From assembly GCF_006345805.1 (NCBI RefSeq), contig NC_043000.1, forward strand, positions 145,514,001 to 145,578,000: DNA of 64,000 nucleotides, written 5' to 3'. The stretch comes from Octopus sinensis. Lineage: Eukaryota. A model generated the notes under the pieces. It was given only the letters and a program-made list of their open reading frames with translations, did not search any database and was not told the DNA's origin. Both the position numbers and the translations under genes were made by a program. Below are positions 11,390-25,765 of this stretch, in pieces (within the stretch, counting starts at the first letter, position 1; every line of letters starts with the position of its first letter).

Positions 11390-12880
11390 TTGTTGTTAGT
11401 GCTTGCTCTGGTGCAGCAACGTTTAGAGTATCCATTTATGGTTTTAAATCACTTTTAGCCATCCACAGCCATGTTTTTCCTCTGTCTAACTTATCTTCAA
11501 CATCCCTATAAAATTGCATTTATTTCTTTACACAACTATTTTCAGTTTCTTGTATAATGCTTTGTCTTTGCAATCTTTCATCCTACAAAATCCTGGCCTT
11601 TTTACTTCAAATAATAGCGGTTCTGTGGCATTTAAAAAAACATGCTCGTATGATGTTTCCTTCCGTTTTAATGCTGTGTTCGCATCCAATAAGACATCTT
11701 CTCCTTCTTTTTCTTGGTACATAAAATCTATGTCGCTTTTTGCGTGCAGCGACCCATATCTAGTTAGCAACTACCTTGTCCTTCTGGCTAAGCTGTTTAG
11801 TTCGTCTACTGTCCATGCGATTAACCCAGCTCCACATCTAAGTAGAGAAATCACCCAGGTGTTCATAGCTTCTCCCTCCGTTTAATTTCGAATTAAGTAT
11901 CAGTCTCAGTCTGCGCAATTACTCCATCTTAAATTCTTCTGTTGTTTCTTTCTCCATCAATTTATCCATTTCCAAGCCCGTCTTTTCTATCTGCTTCATA
12001 ACTTCCCCCGACACTATTGTTCACCCGTCATTACATTTGATTTTGCCTCTCTTCAAAACTAATACACAACACTTTCTCAGTCCGAAGTCCATTCTGATAT
12101 CAGCATTGAAGGTATACGACTTATCACCGAGGTAACTGACTTGGGCTTCATCTTTACCATAATGTTTGAGGTCATCCATGAATAATAAATGTTTGACATT
12201 TTGTTAGCGGCTTTTGAATACACACCCAGCTTTTCCTGTCCTCAGAATCAGTGTTAGTGGTGTCAAGAACAGTACAAAGAGCTGTCCCCTTGGAAGATGC
12301 CCCTCCTAATTTTTACTTTCCCTATACTTCTTCCGTATTCTGTCAAGTCCATCCTCCAAATTGCCATACTTTTTCCAAGTAATCGCTCAAAATTTGATGC
12401 AATACCAAATAGGTTCATACGCCCACTCCATGATCCAAGAATATGGGATAATATCGTAAGCCTTATGATAGTCGATGCAAGACATGACTAAGATAATTTT
12501 CCTCCTCTTGCAGTCTCTAAGTACAGTTTTGTCTATCAAGAGTTGATACTTCGTATGTCTGCGTTTACGTTTGCAACCCTTCTGATCATGTAGCCTCACT
12601 CCATTTTTCCCAGATGTTCGTACATTGAATCTGCGAGTATTCCAGTCAATAAATTCCACAAAAGTGTAAAAAAAGATATCGGCCTGTAATTGTCTACCGT
12701 ATTGCCTTTTTCGATGTTTTTCAGGCACAGCACTGTTCTACCGAATGTCAACCACTCTAGTGTTTCTTGGTCGGCATATAACAAGGTGTTGAGCTGCACA
12801 GCTATTCATGCATGACATTCACCAAATCCTTTGATCCAGTTGCTTTGAACTCCATCTGGACACGGGTCCTTCCAGTTGAT
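11390..12880 (-). pseudogene. R4/Dong-clade non-LTR retrotransposon reverse transcriptase (degenerate)
   Basis: NYRPIS, IDYHKAYDIIPYSWIME, IRRGIFQGD, HLLFMDDLK, LTRYGSLHAKSDID and WLWMAKSDLK..AAPEQAL motifs across frameshifts. Confidence 0.85.
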
Positions 12881-13410
12881 AATTTTTTCTTTTCTTTTTT
12901 GCTGATTTCCTTCACTCCTCTAAGTTTTGTATATATACATACATATATGTGTACATATATATATATATAGTGAACAGGAGATCGACCGCGTATTTAACAG
13001 GAAATCTGTCACCTGGTTGGAGGTGAAGTACGAATCGGAGGTATCTGGAACTATATACTTGTATATATGAATGCTTGAACCTACACATATATTTTTGCGT
13101 TCGTGTCTGTATTTATGCGAGCGTGTGCATGTGTGCATGGGGGCGCACAAACAAGCCGTCCACTTATACCATGTTCACCATGAAATATTTTCCAAGGAAT
13201 TTTTGTCGCTGATATTCCATCAAACTACGACACAGCGTGACCCTCCCCGACCAATCATAACAATCAACTTCCGCCATTCATAATCAAAATGACTGAGCAT
13301 ACGCATGACGCTTGAAACTCAGAGTACCAATGAATTCGAATCAAATTGTTTTGATCCATACATGTAATCACCGATAAATGTGTTAAGTGCCTTTCTCTCG
13401 TTTGTCCACT

Positions 13411-13464
<54 letters not shown>

Positions 13465-13472
13465 CGTATATA

Positions 13473-13689
13473 CTTTAAAGCAGCAGAAAATTCAACAAAA
13501 CCTGTTACTCTGAGTTTCACGTTGCCGTTCGTCGGACAGTTTTTGCTAGAATAGAACCGATATGTCAATTCTATCCAGACTAGTATAAACGCTACACCTT
13601 TAAAAATGGACTTGTTTGATTGGTCCTTTACCACTGGTATTTGAGTACACTTTTTTACACCTTGTTTCACATTTATGTGTTTACTCCGG
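13473..13689 (-). mobile_element. 217-bp HHR-carrying insertion in (TA)n
   Basis: Flanked by duplicated TATATACGTATATA; contains the HHR at 13497-13543. Confidence 0.7.
13497..13543 (-). ncRNA. Minimal type I hammerhead ribozyme (C4 variant)
   Basis: Minus strand: aaaactgt CCGACGA acg-GCAA-cgt GAAA ctcagag TA acaggtttt. All three helices pair. Confidence 0.75.
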
Positions 13690-15942
13690 TATATACGTAT
13701 ATATATATATATATATATATGCATATAGACATATATAAACTCAGATACAGACACTCACACACAAGTGTGTGTGTGTGGAGGGGGTAAATGTATCCGTGTT
13801 TTGATCTTCTCTTATTTGTTTCACCACCACCACAACTTCACGAACAATGTTGGTTTCTCTTTACATACCTAGATCATCAAAATTGACCAATATTTTTAGT
13901 AACAAGTTGAAAATTAAGTACTGGAGCCTATTTGTTCGATTAAAACCCCAGAGGCTATGCACCAGCATTGCTGCTATCAAATCACTGAAACAAGTGAAAA
14001 ATTACACGCAGACGGACGACCTAAGGCACACATACATATATGTATATACACATATATACGTATCATATGCCATCACCGTATATTGCGTTGGTTGAGCATT
14101 CAGATATCTTGAGGTTTTTTTGAGTATGTAGGATCAGCATTTCCCAGATGTGTGCATATTCATCGTTGTGTATTTTAATTATTTTTTAGATTGCTATAAC
14201 ATATATTGCAACTGTGGTATTCTCTGAGACTAGAGAGCAACTTAACTAAAACCTGCAATGCAGTTTTGTCTGTTATATACGGGTGTTTGCCAGGAAATGC
14301 CCTCAGATTTTATGGTTCCAAACGAGCAATACTTGTTTCAACTGATTCCCATGAATTTATCTATAATAACGCGATATCGAACATAGAATTCTCCAATAAA
14401 TTTACTGATACTAGAGACCAATAAATAACAAAATTAGCTTCACATCCCTTTCATCTAGGAAGAGTTAGGTATGTGGCAATATATATATATATATATATAT
14501 ATATAAGAAACGGCACGGCATTGCCAAAACATTGCACTCCAAACTGAACCATTAGCGCTTGGTGGAATGTCGAAAGTCTCTAGAATCAAAAATTGAAACA
14601 TGCATACATATACACATACACACACACGAGCACACACAAGCCGGCACACGTACACACATGCATGCACCGTCACGCACACATATAGGCTTGCACTATATCT
14701 ATGACATTAGAACACGATTTTGATTTGCTCATCTTGTCATTCATTCGTGCTAGACATGATGTCGCAGCAAATAGAGGATGATAGTAATGTGTGAACCACG
14801 AATGTTGCACAGGTTTAGCAATTCATGGACAGATCAATACAGATGCACTTCTATGGTGTGCGAAGCAAAAATATTAATATTATTTGGTGCTAGAATTTTC
14901 TTATTTGTTTCATCATATTTCATCATTGTCTTCAATAGATAATTTATAACATATGTGTGCTTATTCTCTGCAGGCACATCATGTTCGAATATTTCAGAAA
15001 TTCAGGGATCAAGCGTTACAAATGCTACGGCAAATATCACTCCCTATAACCTTAGTACTACTATACTTCCTCAATGAAACTGGGTGGAAAGAATTTGAAT
15101 AAAAGCCCATCGGTTGCGCTGTATCAGTGATTCAAAGGGTGGATGTTTTCTTAAGAATTACGATAAGCGTAAATATGTGCGTAGAGTGATTTGTCACTTA
15201 CGCTTTAAATCAGGAGGAGATAACTGGAATGATGAAACTAATGAATACTCACCGAAAAACTTATAACCACCAACACCAAATTCTGTGTGTGAAAATTATT
15301 CAGTGATTGCTAACTAAAATATGTGTAGTTTGTTGCATGAGTCCGTGTTTTGGCTCTCGTTCTGTTTAACATTTGGTAGTAATAACTATATCCAAGATTG
15401 ACTTCGTTATATTTAGTAATCTATATGTGATTCATTTTCGAACTATATACTGCATGATCGCTTCTGGCATTTCCTGTTTTCGCCTTAAGCCTTTTCTAGC
15501 TTCTAGCCGCGAAAATAATCAGCAACAACTTTTTGTAATCATAATAAATCTCCTTTGATTTGTAAGAAACCCATAATGAGATTAAAAATATCTCTGAATC
15601 TTCAGTGTATATAAATTTTAGTAATACAATTTCGGAGCGATTGTCATTTATGTCTGTTGAAATCGTACAATTATTATTGCCGGTATATTTTAAATCTGTA
15701 ATTGTCACTTTCTCTTAAGCCATAAATGTGTAATCATCATTTTCACTGAAACTATGTTCACACATGAAATTCATGCTCTGTATTTTGAGGGGTTTCATTT
15801 TCACGTCACTTGTTTAATATACTCTTCACAATCTACTAATTCATCGGGAGAGTTATAATTGAATTCTACAGCGGATAATGAGTAGCATTCTAAATTGTCG
15901 TAACTAAGCATATTTAGTTACGGCATGGTGGTGTCACTACAA

Positions 15943-15980
<38 letters not shown>

Positions 15981-15994
15981 TGTTATATCATCGA

Positions 15995-16140
15995 CATCAT
16001 CATTTAACGTCCGTTTTCCATGCAATTATGTAGAGCTGCCCACTCTCCAATTGTCTATTTTACTATGGTTTCTACAGCTATCTATTTTAGATGGCAGCAG
16101 CACGAGTGTTTTATACGTGGCACCACCACAGGTGCTTTAT
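15995..16140 (-). mobile_element. SINE/RTE-type 3' tail fragment
   Basis: Minus strand ends GCATGGAAAACGGACGTTAAATGATGATG with an (ATG)n tail. Confidence 0.5.
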
Positions 16141-16382
16141 ACGATACGGCTGCTTCATACAAGCACCAAGTAGCCCACAGATCGTGGACTTCTCGATTGA
16201 ACCAAAGGTGAGATTGTATTTACAAATGACCACGATCTTGCTTAACTTGTGTTTTAAACATTGACAGAAAAATAGAAAAATAGTGATAAATGAACCAAAA
16301 ATCAATATTGGAAAAATCTCGACGTATCTTCTCAAGTGATTAAATATATATGTATGTAAATATGTATATGTATATGTATATG

Positions 16383-16772
16383 TAGTGGCTGTGTGGTAAG
16401 TAGCTTGCTAACCAACCACATGGTTCCAGGTTCAGTCCCACTGCGTGGCATCTTGGGCAAGTGTCTTCTGCTATAGCCCCGGGCCGACCAATGCCTTGTG
16501 AGTGGATTTGGTAGACGGAAACTGAAAGAAGCCTGTCGTATATATGTATATATATATATGTGTAAGTATGTGTGTGTTTGTGTGTTTGTCCCCCTAGCAT
16601 TGCTTGACCACCAATGCTGGTGTGTTTACGTCCCCGTCACTTAGCGTTTCGGCAAAAGAGACCGATAGAATAAGTACTGGGCTTACAAAGAATAAGTCCC
16701 GGGGTCGATTTGCTCGACTAAAGGTCGTGCTCCAGCATGGCCGCAGTCAAACGACTGAAACAAGTAAAAGAG

Positions 16773-16773
<1 letters not shown>
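16383..16773 (+). mobile_element. SINE family A
   Basis: Homologous to 4606-5046. Confidence 0.92.
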
Positions 16774-16819
<46 letters not shown>

Positions 16820-17309
16820 ATATGTATGTATATAAATAGAGAGAGAGAAGGAAAGAAAAAAACCAAGAAAGAAAGGAAGAGATGCGCGCGTAAATATGCA
16901 CATACACACATGTGATCGTGTGATCAGAAAAGTTGTCTGTATATAATTTGTGTCACCATCTGATATGTCTTAATTCATATTAGTGTCACTGTTACTGGAA
17001 TTCGAACTTAACAAAGCCTTCCGTAAAGCAATACCACCGATGCACTTGTCGTGATTTAATTAGCAGGAATTCACAATTGTGGTAAAGTACAGCCCCGACT
17101 TTCCTGTGTTATATCGTTACTAGAAGCTTGTAGTTGCAAAGCAGACTCTGACTGATAATTGACCATAATAGTTAAGTGATTACTTTACAAGCCTTAAATT
17201 ACAATGAATAGAAAAAACAGTAGGATACACATAAAAAGAAGTAGAATCAGAGGGATATTGTCCAGTAGGTAATTGCCAATGGTACTTTCCGTGCTTTAGT
17301 ACCCTTACA

Positions 17310-17621
17310 TGTTGTGCGATAACTGACGAAAATGTACGTTAACTGACAAATATAGGGCTACAAAACAACCATAATGGTAGAACGCGAGGAGCAACTTTAT
17401 TATAAACTTGTGTATATCCGTCTGTGTTGTGTCGACGTTCCCAGATGATGAAGTAGTCTAGCCCAGTACGTAGATATAGAGGGAGAAGTCTAGACGTAGA
17501 CAGATTGACTAGACCAGGGTAGCAGTAGGAGTTTAGTAGCGGTCATCCGAACGTGTGACATAACAGTGGTAACGAGGATTTCTTAGCTCACACAGCCACT
17601 GTGTAGTATTGCGACATAACA
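17310..17621 (+). mobile_element. LTR retrotransposon remnant (LTR plus PBS)
   Basis: TGTTGTG...CATAACA termini (17310-17565), followed by TGGTAACGAGG (PBS-like), then a second GACATAACA end at 17621. Confidence 0.45.
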
Positions 17622-17690
17622 GTATGCTTCTTACATTTGCCCAGCAAACTGGTAACACTATTCAGTAATTAATTAAAAACTACGGAGATA

Positions 17691-18102
17691 GGCGCAGGAG
17701 TGGCTGTGTGGTAAGTAGCTTGCTAACCAACCACATGGTTCCGGATGCAGTCCCACTGCGTGGCATCTTGGGCTAGTGTCTTCTGTTATAGCCCCGGGTC
17801 GACCAATGCCTTGTGAGTGGATTTGGTAGACGGAAACTGAAAGAAGCCTGTCGTATATATGTATGTATATATATATATATGAGTATGTGTATGTGTTTGT
17901 GTGTCTGTGTTTGTCCCCCTAGCATTGCTTGACAACCGATGCTGGTGTGCTTACGTCCCCCCCCCGTCACTTAGCGGTTCGCAAAAGACAGCGATATAAT
18001 AAGTACTGGGCTTACAAAGAATAAGTCCCGGGGTCGATTTGCTCGACTAAAAGGCGGTGCTCCAGCATGGCCGCAGTCAAATGACTGAAACAAGTAAAAG
18101 AG
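17691..18102 (+). mobile_element. SINE family A
   Basis: Full head to tail; homologous to 4606-5046. Confidence 0.92.
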
Positions 18103-18732
18103 ATAGTAGACTGGACTATAAAAAAAAAAAACTTATGTGAGGCTCTAAACATAAGAGTAGCAGTTGAGTATCCCGCAAGGCAATTTTGCTGTTGCACTTC
18201 ATATAAATTAGCAACAGCGGTACACATTCGCAATATTTTAACTGACATAAATTATATGACCCACACTTATATTATACATAATTCATATACAAATAAACCA
18301 TATTTTATCTAAATTTTACCTAAATTTCTATACTTGATTCTCCGAGTTTACAATAGCACAAAGTCGGTGTGTTTTTATAGATTATTGATATATATTTAAA
18401 GCACGCCGTACCAAACATTAAGATGAATTGTATTAAGATATGCCACCTTCATGCTGTCTATCACTAAAACTCATAAAGTCGAATACACATATGCTGGGCA
18501 TATATGCAATCAGGAACTGTTAGTGAATGACATATGTAGTAGCGTAAACATTTTGAAAAATGTTTTCCGAGATTTTTCCAATTTTGATTTTTGCTTCATT
18601 TATCATTATTTTCTATTTTTCTGTCAATGTTTAAAACACATTTGCCTCTCTATCGGTCTACATCATCATTGCACAAATATAAGTAACTATGTATAGGTAT
18701 ATTAATCACCCTCCATCCACTCCATTTGAGTA

Positions 18733-18772
<40 letters not shown>

Positions 18773-18891
18773 GGATGTATATATGTATGTATGTATATAT
18801 GCATATATGCATATATATATATGTATACATATATATTATATATGCATATATATAATATATATATATTTACTTATATATATATATATATAAT

Positions 18892-18923
<32 letters not shown>

Positions 18924-21579
18924 AACATATATATATATATACATATATATATAAATGCATATTCATATGCATGGACACTGGCTTTCATAGTTATTAATGC
19001 AGGGGAGTGTGTGTATTTATAGTCATGTGCGCATATATTTGTGTGTATACATCAATGTTTTCTTATTGGAACACGGAATTTCAATAAAATATGTTTTCAA
19101 TCGTTTCTACTTTATCATAACTTCACTCCCAATCAATAAACAGCTTTTCAATACATTTTATAATCCTCAATAACAATAAAGCACCACTATACACGCTTCT
19201 TTTCATATACACACAGGGAGACACACACATATTTTTCATATGTATATATGTCAAATATATGTACATACACACACATATATTTATCTATGTATGCACATAT
19301 ATAAGTATATATGTCTGTATTCATAAACGTATTCGTACCTACACAACTCACAATAATTTCCCAATCACAGACGCATATAATATCTACCATATATATACAT
19401 ATACTTATCTAAATACATATATATATATATGTATGTATGTATGTATATACATGTATAAATATGCGTGTATGTATACACACAAATACACACACACATATGC
19501 ATAATGAATTGTCCTTCTTGATGTTGGTGGAAATAATGATTTTAATTATGGAGTTCGACAATAAAATCTATCAGACTTGCTAAAGTTTATTCATTCTCAT
19601 ACCGACCAGGATTGTTCACATTGTCACTGCAGTTTATCCCCCTCAACATTGTAAGTCATATTAGGTACTGATATACAGCATTACACCTTTTATTTTTAGC
19701 GACGACTCAAATATTTACATTCAAATTATTTTAGTACCCGAACCTATGCAATTTAAAATGATGTTTGCTTGGCTTGGGGAGAGACCAGAGTTATTCATTT
19801 TGTTAGAGTCATAAATGCAGAACTAATGAGAATATGTTCCAGTAATTTTTAAATGTATGGCAAATATTGCACTTTTTAGAGAACAATTTCGAACAGTTTT
19901 ATTAAAATTGTGTGAATAAATGTACTGCACATCACTTTCGTTGCCACCATTTTAATGTGATTTTCTCTTCATGCTTGAATATCGTTACGGTCTTTCGTCG
20001 TCCCAAGTCATTTATTTATATTGCTGTCTTCGAAGGCATAGGCATGTTTACTTTTATAAATATACTATGTTAATTAAAAGACGCAGCCTCTCCCCATAAT
20101 GAATAGTTTAATTCCTATCCTATACTTTTAAAATATTAATCTAAAATGAAAGCGATGTTTATTCATGTGAAATAAAGTAAAACTATATTCAATTATTATT
20201 AATTATAATTTTAAATTCTGATTTTTTATGTTGTTATAGGAATTTTTAAACTCAAGTATCGGCAATGTGTTTCTGAATTAATGCCACTGCTTACCGCATA
20301 CATTAATACAAATGAAGCCTATAATTTTGACAGAGTGTTCCGGTCCATAAGTAGGAATTGCATAATTTCTACAATTTGGAGCAAGGAGAGCCATAATCTA
20401 TTATAATTACATTATACTTCAACGAATTTCCTAATGTAGGACGTAAATATTAATGGTACTTATGCAATTACGTAGCTTTACAACAAAGGAAAACCACTGC
20501 TATGGACATAGTTATTTCAAAATCTGACTTTTAAATAACCTGGTATGTAAAATGAACATCATTTAGAATCACCGATTATTTAAATATTTCCTGATACATT
20601 ATTTTACTACGGGCTATACAAGTAATTTTCAGAGCTACTGTAGCCTTTTCATTTTATGCATATTCACTACGTTAAAAGTGTAGGCCGACCCGATCATTAT
20701 ATATGCCCTAATTCAAATTACAATCCATGATCGTGACATGAAACAAATCGTCGCCAAGTGAATCTAATGTTCAATCAATATAAACATCTGCAACTCCAAA
20801 TAGCTTTTGTAAATAACGTGTTCGTTTTCATAATCCTAAGTAAGCAATCTACTGATCTTCCAAATATTTTTATTGCAATTTTCCGTATATATGAAATATA
20901 TTTTTAGGATATTTAACGTAACTTAATATAAGTAGTCCTTTATTGCAGATGTTAAATTCAGAATTATTTTTCATGCTTATTGATGAGAAAAGTGATGATT
21001 AAGAATATATTTAAATGCAAATGAAAAATTTGGAAATAATTTAAAGGCATAAACATGACGAATTTGATATATTTTTATCTTTATGGATTTAATTTTCACG
21101 AAAATTACGTGCAAGCAACAAAATTGATTACATAACTATGTAATGTAAAATATTTTGTATGGGATCAATGGATTTAATGATATTTACGTTTTCTCTTGAG
21201 TCATTAAATCAGTAAATTTATATAGCTACATCTAAATTCGGTCAGAGAATACATTCAACTCAACAGGAAATTAGTCAAGGTTAAACAATACCAAATTTCA
21301 AAAATCATCATTAAATATATTCGATAATCGTTTCAAAATCTTGTAATTATTGTACAGAGTGAATAGTCTAAAATGTGTTTTTTCTTCCCTAGTTGTTCTA
21401 TCCATTTTTTTTGGCGATATTTAGATTTATATTAAGGGAATAGAGAGCGATTTAATGTAAGCTTAACATTATTTTCAGCAAATTGAGTGTGGTTAATTCA
21501 ATGCTAAACCATGAAATATTTTTTTGAATATGTTGTTATCTTTCAAAGTTGGTTTTTAAAAATTGTGTTTAAATATTAT

Positions 21580-21985
21580 TCACGTTGCTCCGTTGCGAGA
21601 AGTTTGCTTCCCAATCACATGGGTTCGGGTTCACTCCTAGTGCGTGACATTTAGGGCAAATGTCACCTACTATATCACCTCGGGCCTTTCTAAGACTTGT
21701 GATTCAGTAGGTGGAAAGTAAGAGGAAATCGCTGTATATATGTATATATATATATAATTTTGTGTGTGTGTGTCTTTGCTTTGAGACTATGTTTCTCTCT
21801 TCCACTGCATCACACCTGGTGTTGGTTTATTTACCTCACTGTTAATCAATGGTTCAACAAAAGGGATCGATAAAATGAGTGCCAGGCTTTAACAAAGAAC
21901 TACGGTTATTCGTTCGACTAAAAATACTTCAAGACGATGCGCCAGCTTGGCTATAGTGTACTGACTGAAACAAGTCAAAGATACA
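21580..21985 (+). mobile_element. SINE family A, old diverged copy
   Basis: Recognisable B box, internal microsatellite and GACTGAAACAAGT tail. Confidence 0.75.
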
Positions 21986-22409
21986 ATATAAAAATATATT
22001 TGTTTTCTCTACCAGAATATTTCGGTAAAAGAAACACTGTCAGTTATTTCTCTCATTATGAATAAGATATTTCACTGACATTAGTACCCTTAACAACTAT
22101 GGTGAATATATGTGTGTAAAAACAAGCAACTTTCTGGAAAAATTGTTTACATCAATTTCCTATTACAAAAAGTATCACAATCTATTTTTGCTAAGACTCT
22201 TCACTATATCATAACTCGTTCTCATACGCATTTTCTAAAAACTGTACTTGCAGGTACAAAATATGTGGATGTGTGTGCAGGTGTGTCTATAAGTTTATAT
22301 ATAAGAGAGTACATTTATGAGAGAGAGACAGGAAGAAGGAGAGACAGAATGAGTGTGTGTGTGTGTATGTCCGTGTGCATGTGGTTGCGTGCGTGATATG
22401 TCTTAAACT

Positions 22410-22412
22410 ATG

Positions 22413-22462
<50 letters not shown>

Positions 22463-22465
22463 TAT

Positions 22466-22503
<38 letters not shown>

Positions 22504-22597
22504 GCATATATATACATATATAATATATATAATATATACATATATAAATATATATATATACATATATAAATTATATATATATATACATATATAAATA

Positions 22598-22644
<47 letters not shown>

Positions 22645-22645
22645 C

Positions 22646-22684
<39 letters not shown>

Positions 22685-22814
22685 TATATATATATATATA
22701 CATAATAAATATATATATATATATATAGATATATAAATATATATATATATATACATATATAAATATATATATACATATACATATATAAAATATATGTATA
22801 CATATATATATATA

Positions 22815-22878
<64 letters not shown>

Positions 22879-22925
22879 TATATATATATACCTATATATA
22901 TATATATATATAATACATATACATA
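22410..22925. repeat. Long imperfect (TA)n microsatellite
   Basis: About 500 bp of TA dinucleotide; source of the spurious YI-rich ORFs. Confidence 0.95.
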
Positions 22926-22933
22926 TAGAAACA

Positions 22934-23640
22934 CATGGTGCGACGGGTAAATTGTAGCCGTTTTTACTTTTAATTTCGCGCATGCTAGTTGTTTTGGATT
23001 TTTTTCTGCTACATAGTATAGTAGTGTCAGTGGGGCACCGTCTGTGAGAGAAAGACCTCCTGAATTTGTTGGTGACATCGCGGCCAGGATTGACAACGAT
23101 CCCATCAAGGGAATCAGGTCCATCACCATGGATATGGAAGTACCTGTGTTTGTTATCAGGCAGAAAGTGCATGAATACATTCGGTATTCCTCATACTAGA
23201 TCAGAAGAGACCAATTTCTTTTATCTCAAGCCATCAAGGACAAGAGAAATAACCACGCAACGAATCGTTTGATTAAACTCTAGAATATGTTCCAACTGAG
23301 TATACTTTGGTTTTTATCAGACGACAATAATTTCTGCCGGGATCTGGGTCAAGGAGTGGCTGCTGAAAGACCCTATGTTTGGTAAAATGATTCAGCACCA
23401 TGCCACACAAGCAGAAGAACCCAATCGTGGTTGTCAGACAACTTCTGCGACCACATCACCTTAACATCTGCTCACCTAACTCCCTCGATTATTATATGTT
23501 GAGTGCAGTTGAGTGAGAGATAGACAAAACTCCTTGTAACAACAAAGATTAACTGAAGGCAAGGATTATGGTAGCATTCACCATCTTAAACAGGGAGACC
23601 ATCCAGAAGAGTTGCGGGAGATTCCAAAGTCGTCTCGAAG
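22934..23640 (+). mobile_element. maT/DD37D Tc1-mariner transposon, internally deleted
   Basis: [28 protein letters not shown]...WFLSDDNNF, then DSAPCHTSRRTQSWLSDNFCDHIT. With the 1900 copy, D-to-D spacing is 37. 5' CATGGTGCGACGGGTAAA resembles the TIR at 2245-2260. Confidence 0.85.
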
Positions 23641-24169
23641 TTCATATAGACGATCTTACGATCTTTCGTTTAATATGTAGAATAAAAAATATAGGAGTAG
23701 GTTAGTTATACTGTGAGCAAACAGTAGGAAAGTAACATGAACAATTTTAGATTGTTAATTAAATAGTTAAGTTATGTAAGTGGAAATAGAATGAGAATTT
23801 TAATAGAGTGGGTCTTACGAAAACATAGTGAGTACACAGCACTGTTTCAGTTTACCCACTCAGGCCTATGCGCAACCTACTAATTATCTATTTGTCGTGA
23901 TTTCGTGTTCTACAGTTAGAACTGAAATGGAGAGGTGAATTAAGAGTCTGCATTATATGGCTGTAGAACATATTACACGGGTATTATGACAACGAAGCAA
24001 AAAGGTTAGTATGTAATAGAAAAACAGTAAGAGATAGGAGAGCAGTAAATCGTGATAGGTGTGGGGATTGAGTGGAAGGACAAACTACATTTTCTGTGCC
24101 TTGTGTATGATTAAGGCGCATACGATGGATGGCTGAATTGATCGTAGTTTTCTTTGTAGCCTAGTGAGA

Positions 24170-24550
24170 GTATGTACTGGGTAATGGTTCTATCCCTATG
24201 CTCAAGGGGGTTAAGCATCCTGAACAGGAATATAGTTGGGATACATTATATACCCTTGGAGTCAGCAAGAGATTACTTCAGTTTTTTTCTGGTAAGTAGT
24301 GATATCTTAGAGAAAGGATTTGATTGTTCCCCTCATACAGAATTTTCTTACCACGTATATAGGATTAAAATGTCCAATATCTTACCATGAAGGTCGAGAC
24401 CTACATTAATTTCCCTAAGGGAAAAACAAATTGTGAAATTACTTTTCCACGTTGGGATGGGGAACAAGTGAGGATATTGCCTGAGGTTGTTAGTTGTGTG
24501 ACCTATGTACAATTCTGTGTTGCCGCTTTTGTTAACTGTACACGTGTATA
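24170..24550 (-). pseudogene. Penelope-like GIY-YIG endonuclease fragment
   Basis: [26 protein letters not shown] contains the VY...YIG.T motif; truncated at (TA)n. Confidence 0.7.
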
Positions 24551-24552
24551 CG

Positions 24553-24600
<48 letters not shown>

Positions 24601-24681
24601 TATAGAGACACACACATATATATATAGATACCAGTACATGTATATAAATATATGTATACGTGTATATGTATATAAATATAT

Positions 24682-24712
<31 letters not shown>

Positions 24713-24866
24713 GTATGTATATATATGTGTGTATATATATATGTATGTATATATATATGTGTATATCTATATATATGTGTGTATATATATATATATGTGT
24801 GTGTGTATATATATATATATGTATATATATATATGTGTGTGTGTATATATATAAATATATATATGT

Positions 24867-24937
<71 letters not shown>

Positions 24938-25316
24938 CATATATATATTTCCCTTAGGAAATACCAATAGATTTAATATTGCATCATTAATGATAGAAGG
25001 CAATATTTTTTCATGTATCACTGCGTATAGAGAATACGACGGGAAATTCTTATCAACATGAAACTTGTGCAAATGAATAGACATATGATTTACAAAGTAT
25101 CGATATAAAGAAGCAGATATACCGAGATTACTTTCATGATTAATCGTTAATTTCTCATACAATACTGGCAAATTTTGTAATTTTCCCAATAGAAAAGAGC
25201 ACAGTCAGAAACACTCGCACACACATATATATATAAAAATACGCGTCTCTTCATGTACATACAGGTAAATATATAAAGTCATACACCCAGGCAAACGCAC
25301 GAATAGATATATGCAT

Positions 25317-25765
25317 ACAGGGTGTACCCAATAAATGAATATACATTGTATTAGCTGTTAACTGAATTTTGATTTTTTTTTAGATTTAATCGATTAAAAA
25401 TAATGAATAGGTTGCAGGCTACGCTTTGAAAATGCAGTCGAAGTGCACTCGAAGTGCAAAAATATTTTAGGAAGGAGCTTCAGACAGTTATAGTGTAAAT
25501 ACCTACGTTGATGAAGCAGGTGTATTAGAAGACTGTGTTCAGTAGTGTACCCTCTGCCTTTTACCAAACCTCATAGAATCTGATGTTTTTTTATGGGATA
25601 ATGTATAGAGTGCAGAACTGGAAAAAAGTCAGGGAATTGAGGATAAATATTGAATGAGAATGCGTACAAATACCGAAGGAAATGCTTTTATCTCAATCTT
25701 TGTGATTTAATTGTTTCTTTTTCTAAGCAATGCTTGAAACAGAATAGTCATTATCTTGAAAATGG
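25317..25765 (+). mobile_element. Tc1/mariner remnant
   Basis: Starts TA-CAGGGTGTACCC. C-terminal remnants include (D)VFLWD, ECVQIPKEML and QCLKQNSHYLE. Confidence 0.6.

Noticed and set aside
22287-23180. 297-aa and 254-aa ORFs (and all other YI/HT/CV-rich ORFs)
   Set aside because: Read-through of (TA)n/(CA)n microsatellites; the unique part is antisense to a transposase remnant.
23831-23870. Minus-strand CTGAGTG...GAAA cag-tg-ctg downstream of a Penelope fragment
   Set aside because: Core and UH site are both broken; at best a fossil.
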